Shown piece by piece: positions 58,103-64,000 of a stretch of 64,000 bases of DNA. Origin of the DNA: Patescibacteria group bacterium (GTDB lineage: Bacteria > Patescibacteriota > Patescibacteriia > JAQUQO01); the NCBI GenBank assembly GCA_028716045.1, contig JAQUQO010000001.1, positions 452,096 through 516,095 on the forward strand, read 5' to 3'. The position numbers were made by a program, and so were the translations under genes. The notes under the pieces were generated by a model. It ran no database searches and was not told where the DNA came from. It worked only from the letters and a program-made list of their open reading frames with translations. Position 1 is the first letter of the stretch. Every line of letters begins with the position of its first letter.

Positions 58103-59860
58103 TTAATCTTCTTGGGTTACCCGCAGAATCTCATCCACCGTGGTAACTCCTTCAAGCGCCTTAACTAAAGAGTCCTCATTCATGGTGATAATTTTTTGCC
58201 TTTTTGTCTCCTCCTTAACATCTGAAGTCTTATATCCCGAGACGATAATTTTCTGCATCTCCGGAGTTATTTCTAAAATTTCCGCGATGACGCTCCGGCC
58301 TTTATATCCCAAATTGCCGCACCGCGGGCAACCCTTGCCTTTATAAAACTTCAAAGGTTTTGATAAATCCACTCCTTTAGGCAAAGCTTCTTTGGGCAAT
58401 TCCTCTATTTTCTTTCTTAAATTCTTTTCCATGTCTGGAGGAATATCCGCTTCAATTTTGCAATGCTCGCAGATTTTTCTGACCAAGCGCTGCGCGACCA
58501 CCGCATTTAAAGTAGAAGCGATAAGAAATGGCTCCAATTTCATATCAATCAATCTGGGAATGACTCCGAAAGAATCCCGGGTATGGATGGTGGAAAACAC
58601 CAAGTGTCCGGTCAAACCGGCATGAATCGCCAACTCTCCCGTTTCCCCGTCGCGAATTTCTCCCACCATAATCACATTGGGGTCCTGGCGCAATAAAGCG
58701 CGGAGTCCGGTGGCGAAAGTAAATCCGACCTCAGGATTAATCTGCGACTGATTAACTCCTCTGATAAAATATTCCACCGGGTCTTCCAAAGTTGAGATAT
58801 TCACCTTCTCGTCATTAAGCATATTTAAAACCGTGTATAGAGTGGTGGATTTGCCTGACCCCGTAGGGCCGGTGATTAAAAACATCCCATTAGCTTTTTT
58901 AATATTACGTTCAATCACTTTGATTATCCACGGATGGAATCCTAGATCAGCTAACGCCAATGCTTTGGCTTTGGTTTCCAATATGCGCATCGCTATTTTT
59001 TCATTATCCACCACCGGAATACTGGAAACGCGGAAATCCACGTCGCGGTCATTAATGCGCAAACGGATTCTGCCGTCTTGCGGCACGCGCGTTTCATCTA
59101 AACGCAAATTGGCTAAAACTTTGATACGAGAAATAATTGCTTGGTGAAGGTAAATGGGCAACTTAAGATTAGTACGCAACATTCCGTCAATGCGGTAGCG
59201 CACCCGCGTTTCTTCTCTGCCCGGCTCGATGTGAATATCCGAAGCTCCCCCTTCTACCGCATGCCTAATGATAACTGAAACGATTTGAGCAACCGGCGCT
59301 TTTTTAATGACATCTTCTGACTCCAGACCCTCTGGGACCTCGTCCAACTGCTGTGTCCCCGGCGCCACTTCCGGACCAAATTTTTCCTTGGCCGCCCCCA
59401 AAACTTTTTCCACTTCCTTGCCAATGGAATCATATTTTTTAAAAGCCTCCTTAAAAGAAGAATCGGAGATAACGGCATATTCCACCTTGAGGTTGTTTTC
59501 TCCGGCCAAAAAATCCATGGCTTCTTGCGCCTCGAAACTCTTGGGATCAACCAGCCCCACTTTGACTTTGCCCTTCTCACGTTCAAAGGCAATCATTTTG
59601 TAATTCTCCGCAATGTTTTTGGGGACAATACTCAAAACCTCCGGCTTGATTTCTTTGCCAAGTAAACTTATGTAAGAAAAATTAAAAACAACCGCCTCCG
59701 CTTCCGCAAATTTTTCCTCTTCCACCAAACCCTGCCCCAAAAGCACCTCAACTAAGGTCTTCTCCTCGCTTTGGGACAAAACCTTTTCCTTCTGTTCCCT
59801 GGAAAGAAACCCTTTTTTTTCTAATTCTTCTAAAATTTTTATTTGACTATCGTCAAACAT
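58103..59860 (-). CDS. pilB: Type IV pilus assembly ATPase PilB (GspE family)
   Basis: 585 aa. Walker A GPTGSGKST, Asp box, His box, C-terminal tetracysteine (CEHC...CPRCG). Confidence 0.9.
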   Translation of the reverse strand: MFDDSQIKILEELEKKGFLSREQKEKVLSQSEEKTLVEVLLGQGLVEEEKFAEAEAVVFNFSYISLLGKEIKPEVLSIVPKNIAENYKMIAFEREKGKVKVGLVDPKSFEAQEAMDFLAGENNLKVEYAVISDSSFKEAFKKYDSIGKEVEKVLGAAKEKFGPEVAPGTQQLDEVPEGLESEDVIKKAPVAQIVSVIIRHAVEGGASDIHIEPGREETRVRYRIDGMLRTNLKLPIYLHQAIISRIKVLANLRLDETRVPQDGRIRLRINDRDVDFRVSSIPVVDNEKIAMRILETKAKALALADLGFHPWIIKVIERNIKKANGMFLITGPTGSGKSTTLYTVLNMLNDEKVNISTLEDPVEYFIRGVNQSQINPEVGFTFATGLRALLRQDPNVIMVGEIRDGETGELAIHAGLTGHLVFSTIHTRDSFGVIPRLIDMKLEPFLIASTLNAVVAQRLVRKICEHCKIEADIPPDMEKNLRKKIEELPKEALPKGVDLSKPLKFYKGKGCPRCGNLGYKGRSVIAEILEITPEMQKIIVSGYKTSDVKEETKRQKIITMNEDSLVKALEGVTTVDEILRVTQED

Positions 59861-59883
59861 AATATCTAAAAAATTTATCCGTC

Positions 59884-60174
59884 TTAGTCCACCGCTCTAA
59901 ATGGCTCCGGCTGACCCTTGGCTCCGGAACGCACCGGCAATCTCACTGATTCTTTGAGCGACTGGAATTTTGCGGAATCAAACAAATCTTTATCAAAAGA
60001 AGTTTCCAGCACCCGGCTTTTCTTGCCACTAAATACTCCGCCGGATGTTAAAGATATTCCGGAATCACTCCAAAAAATAATGTATACATAAATAAGGACT
60101 ACAATAAATAAAATCGCCAACACCGTAAGTAAAATAACATTTCTTCTTTTGTTACGTCCTTCTAAAAATTGCAT
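59884..60174 (-). CDS. Small single-TM protein in the pilus operon (possible PilP-like/accessory)
   Basis: 96 aa. TM helix LLTVLAILFIVVLIYVYIIFW. Position between pilO-like and pilB. Confidence 0.4.
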   Translation of the reverse strand: MQFLEGRNKRRNVILLTVLAILFIVVLIYVYIIFWSDSGISLTSGGVFSGKKSRVLETSFDKDLFDSAKFQSLKESVRLPVRSGAKGQPEPFRAVD

Positions 60175-60175
60175 A

Positions 60176-60763
60176 TTATTTATTCGCCAAATAATAGGTA
60201 GAGATATTTAAAGTGTATAAATCACTGCCGGAAGTAAAATTAATAGAGCGGACATCAAATAAGCGCAAATTTGATTCTACGACTGACAACATGTCTTTAA
60301 ATTTGGAATAATCTCCGCCGGCAATCGTGGCGACAACCAATAATTTTTTCACGTCTTCATCACCTTTATTTTTGAAAAGGTTTTTCGCCGGACTGATATT
60401 TAGGGACGATAAATTAAACCCGCTCCCTTGAACTATTTTCTCAAACTGCGCCATCAGCCCCGGGATATCCTCTTCGAGCGGCAAAATTCCTCTTATTTTA
60501 GCAATGTCGTCTTCCGAAATAGACCCGTAATTTTCCCGCAAAGAAATAAGCTGCTCCAAATATAATTTTTTAGCAGCCAGTTCTTCCTGCTTGGCTTCCA
60601 AATTTAAAGCGCCGCTTATCTTAACTTCATTGTACTTTGGTTTAAGAATAAAAAACAAGCCTAAAACTAAAATTAAAATAGCAACTAGCGGAGTTATAAT
60701 CTTAAAGTATTGTAATAAAAACAGCTTGAAAGGTGATAATTTTTGAGGTCTTTGATTCTCCAT
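60176..60763 (-). CDS. PilO-like pilus assembly protein
   Basis: 195 aa. N-terminal TM, coiled-coil, then a ferredoxin-like periplasmic domain. Position after pilM and pilN. Confidence 0.55.
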   Translation of the reverse strand: MENQRPQKLSPFKLFLLQYFKIITPLVAILILVLGLFFILKPKYNEVKISGALNLEAKQEELAAKKLYLEQLISLRENYGSISEDDIAKIRGILPLEEDIPGLMAQFEKIVQGSGFNLSSLNISPAKNLFKNKGDEDVKKLLVVATIAGGDYSKFKDMLSVVESNLRLFDVRSINFTSGSDLYTLNISTYYLANK

Positions 60764-60773
60764 ATTTTAGATA

Positions 60774-61871
60774 TTACTTTTTAAAAACCCCGTCAACCAG
60801 TTTCAAGTCTATATTAAAGTTAACGCCGCTAATTTGTCCCTCTTCTCCTTCTTGCGCCACCGCCGAACTCACTATTGCTTCCTTCACAAAATCTACGGCC
60901 TCGCGGAAAGCCACGAGCTGGGCCGCGATAGAGCTGTAACTATCGGCCGTGGCGGATAAAACTACTCCGCCTTCAATGTCCGCCGCCAAACTAAGATAAT
61001 AAACTCCGACCACGGTATTTTGTTCCAGCAAATCAAAAAACTTTGTCCAATAAACATGCTTGTCCAGCAGGTCTTTCACTAACTTAATTTCTTTCTGTAA
61101 TTCCTGTGATTCCGCTTTAATGCCATCATATTTTTTTATTTCCTGGTCCAGCGCGGCTATCTTTCCACCAAGATTGGCCGTTTCATTCGTTACTTTTGAT
61201 TCCTGCCAAACCATCCATAAAAATCCGGCGGCGATAACAAGGATTGAAAAAGCGATTACCAAAACAAAAGTTAAGAAACCATGACGGAAACGCTCCTCCG
61301 GCGGATTGGCGATGTCTTCGGGAATCAAACTCACTTTCATCCCCGGAATTGGCGGCTCGGCCTCGTGCTCCACTGGTCTCGGCTTCGGCTTTATGACAGT
61401 CGCTTTCTTTAATTCTTTTCTTTTTTCTTCTTCTCTTTTATTTCTTTCAATCCTCTCTCGAATTTTGGCTTCTTCCTCGGCTCGACGCACCGCTTCTTCT
61501 CTCAGACGTTCCGCTATATTTACTCCTGTCGGCTCTTCTCTCCTCACCCCTTGCTTCTCTCGTTCTTTCTGTTGTCGCGCCTCCTCTTTTTTTTGGTTTT
61601 CAATTTTTTCTTTTTTTTCTCTTTCTTCGAGTATTCTCTTTTTGGCCTCCGCCTTTTTCCTCCGCTCTTCCGCGGTACCGAAAAGCTTATCCCAAAAAGA
61701 AAATTTGGTCTTAGTTTCCAACGGTTGTGTCCATCCAGCCCCGTTTTTCCCTCCCTCGGGCACGTGTAATTTTATTTCAGTCACCGCCTTCTCTTTCCTC
61801 TGTCTCTCTTTTTCTTCTGCGCGGCGCATTTCTTCGGGGAGAAGGCTGATGTCTTTGTCTTTATCCTCCAT
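60774..61871 (-). CDS. PilN-like pilus assembly protein with a long Lys/Glu/Arg-rich cytoplasmic N-terminal extension
   Basis: 365 aa. About 190-aa low-complexity charged N-terminus, TM (FLTFVLVIAFSILVIAAGFLWMVW), coiled-coil and periplasmic domain. Confidence 0.5.
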   Translation of the reverse strand: MEDKDKDISLLPEEMRRAEEKERQRKEKAVTEIKLHVPEGGKNGAGWTQPLETKTKFSFWDKLFGTAEERRKKAEAKKRILEEREKKEKIENQKKEEARQQKEREKQGVRREEPTGVNIAERLREEAVRRAEEEAKIRERIERNKREEEKRKELKKATVIKPKPRPVEHEAEPPIPGMKVSLIPEDIANPPEERFRHGFLTFVLVIAFSILVIAAGFLWMVWQESKVTNETANLGGKIAALDQEIKKYDGIKAESQELQKEIKLVKDLLDKHVYWTKFFDLLEQNTVVGVYYLSLAADIEGGVVLSATADSYSSIAAQLVAFREAVDFVKEAIVSSAVAQEGEEGQISGVNFNIDLKLVDGVFKK

Positions 61872-61888
61872 ATTTTATTTTTTGAAAA

Positions 61889-63028
61889 TTAATAAATGTC
61901 TCTCATGGCCAGGCCGATGGGTACGGCAAATCTCGGCCCAATTTCCTCTAACAGTGGTTTTAGTTCTTCCGGATAAATCACTCTGGACCAGGGGTCACCT
62001 ATATAAATCCGCATGTTTAAAGCTCGGGAAAGATAACCGGGAAAATCGAACAACAACGACGAACCGCCGGCTAAAATAATCTTCTCTATATCTTTCGCTT
62101 TTTCTCCCTCCTGGCTTTTGTAGATGTTCAAAGAATAACGTATTTCGTTAATTAAGGGATTCAAAGTGGCGGCTATTGCTTCATAAATTTTTGGATCAAC
62201 CGCCCCTTGCGCTAAATCCAACTTAAATTGTTCGGCTTTCCCTAAATCAACGCCCAATTTTTGGCTTAGCGCCTTGGTAATCACCGCTCCGCCTATATCA
62301 ATGCTCCGATTTATAAAAGGGATTCCGTTATCCACTATGGAAAGATTTGACCGGCCGGCTCCGCTGTCTAAAATTATCATCGGAGATTTGTCCCTTCCGA
62401 CGAGCGAACGCACGAGGGCAAAGGCTTCGGTTTCCAAACTTAAAAGCTGCAGGCCGGCGGTTTTAAAAATAGCAATGTACTTCTCCACGAGTTTTCTCGG
62501 GGCGGCCGTAAGCAGAACCTGCACTCCGCTCAATTTTTCTTTAATGACCGGCTCCTCTTCAATGTTTTTATTGCTCTCCTTATTTTCCTCTTTTTCCGCT
62601 AACTTTCCTTTCACCCCGTTCTCATTTATAATTTTCCAATCCAAAATCATTTCTTCAAGCGGCAAAGGAATAATCTTCTTCGCCTCCCATTCCACCCTGC
62701 TCCCCAGCGCTTTTTTATTGCCCAATTCCTTAGCGGTAATGTCCGTTAAATTCAAAACTGAACTAAAAACCGAAAAAACCGGAATAGCGGCTATTGCTCG
62801 GGTGCTCCTTGTCTTTGCTCTGGCGCAAATTTTTTTAATTATTTCGCCGGTTTCTTTGGGGTAATCTATCAGGTCTTTTTCCGGAATTTCTTCAGTCTCC
62901 CGATTGACATATCCATAAGTCACAAGCCGGGCGCGTCCATTATCATTCAAGAGCTCCACAACTTTGATGCTGCCTTTGCCGATGTCAATTCCTAAATAAC
63001 TTTTTTCTTTGGAAGTAAATAAAGGCAT
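61889..63028 (-). CDS. pilM: Type IV pilus assembly protein PilM (actin-like ATPase fold)
   Basis: 379 aa. LGIDIGKGSIKVVEL phosphate-1 motif and ...ILDSGAGRSNLSIV... phosphate-2/adenosine motif. Confidence 0.8.
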   Translation of the reverse strand: MPLFTSKEKSYLGIDIGKGSIKVVELLNDNGRARLVTYGYVNRETEEIPEKDLIDYPKETGEIIKKICARAKTRSTRAIAAIPVFSVFSSVLNLTDITAKELGNKKALGSRVEWEAKKIIPLPLEEMILDWKIINENGVKGKLAEKEENKESNKNIEEEPVIKEKLSGVQVLLTAAPRKLVEKYIAIFKTAGLQLLSLETEAFALVRSLVGRDKSPMIILDSGAGRSNLSIVDNGIPFINRSIDIGGAVITKALSQKLGVDLGKAEQFKLDLAQGAVDPKIYEAIAATLNPLINEIRYSLNIYKSQEGEKAKDIEKIILAGGSSLLFDFPGYLSRALNMRIYIGDPWSRVIYPEELKPLLEEIGPRFAVPIGLAMRDIY

Positions 63029-63103
63029 GTTGATAAAAATAATCCTACTTCTTTAGTATATCACAAAAAAATGTAAGACGAAATGCGCTCCGCCGTCTGT
63101 CAC

Positions 63104-64000
63104 CTATCGGCCGGTTTTCACTATCGGCAGGGCTTTAGTAAGATCCACCAGACCCGGCGGAGGATTGGCTTGAGCGCGGCCGTCGTAGATAATGCTTTCT
63201 GCGCCGCGAGTCATGGAAGCGAATAACCTTTCAAATTTAAACTCACGCGCGAGCATTAAACCTTTGACCGTCAGAGGGTTAAAGCCGGAACCAGTACTGA
63301 CCGTGCCTTCCACGTAAAAAGTGCCGACTATTTCCGTGACCGAAGGGGCGATATTCAGATTACCAAGAACAATCCACCCCAGTGAAGCTAAATCAGAAAG
63401 TTTATTGGCTGGCACGTCATTATAGCTGATATTGCCCTCGATATTTAAATCACCATAAACGACGATCAGGCCCTTACCGCTGTCATTTTTGATTCTTAAC
63501 GTTTCCACGTCTAGCCCAGTCCTACTTATATAGATATTATTGCCCAAAGCGAAATCGGTCGGCAAAGAGTCAATTTGAAAAACTTTACCGTGCTGTCCGC
63601 TGTTAATTCCGTCTAAATCAATCTTACCTATAATATTGGTAAAGCGGTTAACAGACTGCGGATAATTAAACGGCTGATCCACGGATTCATAACAACCGGC
63701 AGCGCTGGTTAAATTAACCACTTCACCTTTAGCGCGGACGCAATAGGTGGCGTTGTAATATCCGGTCGGCGGAACAAATTCCGCTTTGGCCGAACCGCGA
63801 GTATAAATGCCTCCGAACTGCGTCTCTAACCACGGATAGCCGAGCGCGCCGCATTTTTCATTTTCGCCCGGACACTGGATATCGTCGGTGCAGATAAGCC
63901 CGGACTGGTCGCAAACGCCCCAGCTCTTCACGCAATCCTCGCCAAAATAGCAATACTCCCAACCAATAACATTTTTTTCTTCATCATAAATAAGCTTGAT
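63104..64000 (-). CDS. Secreted Cys-rich protein, N-terminus beyond window end
   Basis: The frame stays open from the GTG at 63931 through position 64000 with no stop (...IKLIYDEEKNVIGWEYCYFGEDCVKSWGVCDQ...). Cys-rich N-region, then a beta-rich region. Upstream of pilM. Confidence 0.55.
   Translation of the reverse strand: MKLIYDEEKNVIGWEYCYFGEDCVKSWGVCDQSGLICTDDIQCPGENEKCGALGYPWLETQFGGIYTRGSAKAEFVPPTGYYNATYCVRAKGEVVNLTSAAGCYESVDQPFNYPQSVNRFTNIIGKIDLDGINSGQHGKVFQIDSLPTDFALGNNIYISRTGLDVETLRIKNDSGKGLIVVYGDLNIEGNISYNDVPANKLSDLASLGWIVLGNLNIAPSVTEIVGTFYVEGTVSTGSGFNPLTVKGLMLAREFKFERLFASMTRGAESIIYDGRAQANPPPGLVDLTKALPIVKTGR

Noticed and set aside
61306-62079. 257-aa + strand ORF
   Set aside because: Antisense to the PilN-like gene. 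Ser/Leu/Phe-rich shadow of the K/E-rich coding strand.

Overview
The window reads as a gene-dense, almost entirely minus-strand stretch of a small-genome bacterium, probably a Patescibacteria/CPR-type organism. It has moderate GC interrupted by two clearly AT-richer blocks. The housekeeping core, left to right, is:

- lepA (partial), murJ, hpf, rlmN, a Ddl-like ATP-grasp, the dnaG-rpoD operon, gatC/gatA, ligA, lgt and a DsbA-like oxidoreductase;
- a 2148-aa giant cell-surface protein, with a PP-loop/ATP-grasp pair on one side and two methyltransferases on the other;
- an ECF sigma/anti-sigma pair followed by a MacAB-type (HlyD + ABC ATPase + FtsX permease) exporter, bracketed by two paralogous small membrane-anchored proteins;
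- a complete type IV pilus locus (pilM-N-O, pilB, pilC, pilA, pilD, four to five minor pilins) with ligA at its tail.

Two candidate horizontally acquired islands each abut the 3' end of a tRNA gene.

1. About 23.9-29.6 kb, possibly extending to tRNA-Asn at 32.26 kb. It carries a Dcm-type C5-methyltransferase, an HNH restriction endonuclease, Vsr, a tail-anchored 336-aa orphan protein, an XRE + membrane-protein pair and a diverged duplicate gene fragment.
2. About 41.2-43.95 kb, next to tRNA-Ser. It carries a DUF1508 gene with a long leader, a putative restriction endonuclease and an N6-adenine methyltransferase.

The candidates that stand out most are:

- a tight CYTH / PflX-type (AmmeMemoRadiSam-like) radical SAM / Pcm / Cache operon that lacks the usual AMMECR1/Memo partners;
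- a ~45-nt intergenic motif present twice (16.13 kb and 56.84 kb);
- a recurrent hairpin + extended -10 + ATG module that suggests leaderless starts;
- a small, self-contained, strongly signalled secreted-protein cassette at 0.7-1.1 kb.

No CRISPR array and no rRNA were seen. Every functional call is from by-eye motif recognition on the supplied translations; no database search was run.
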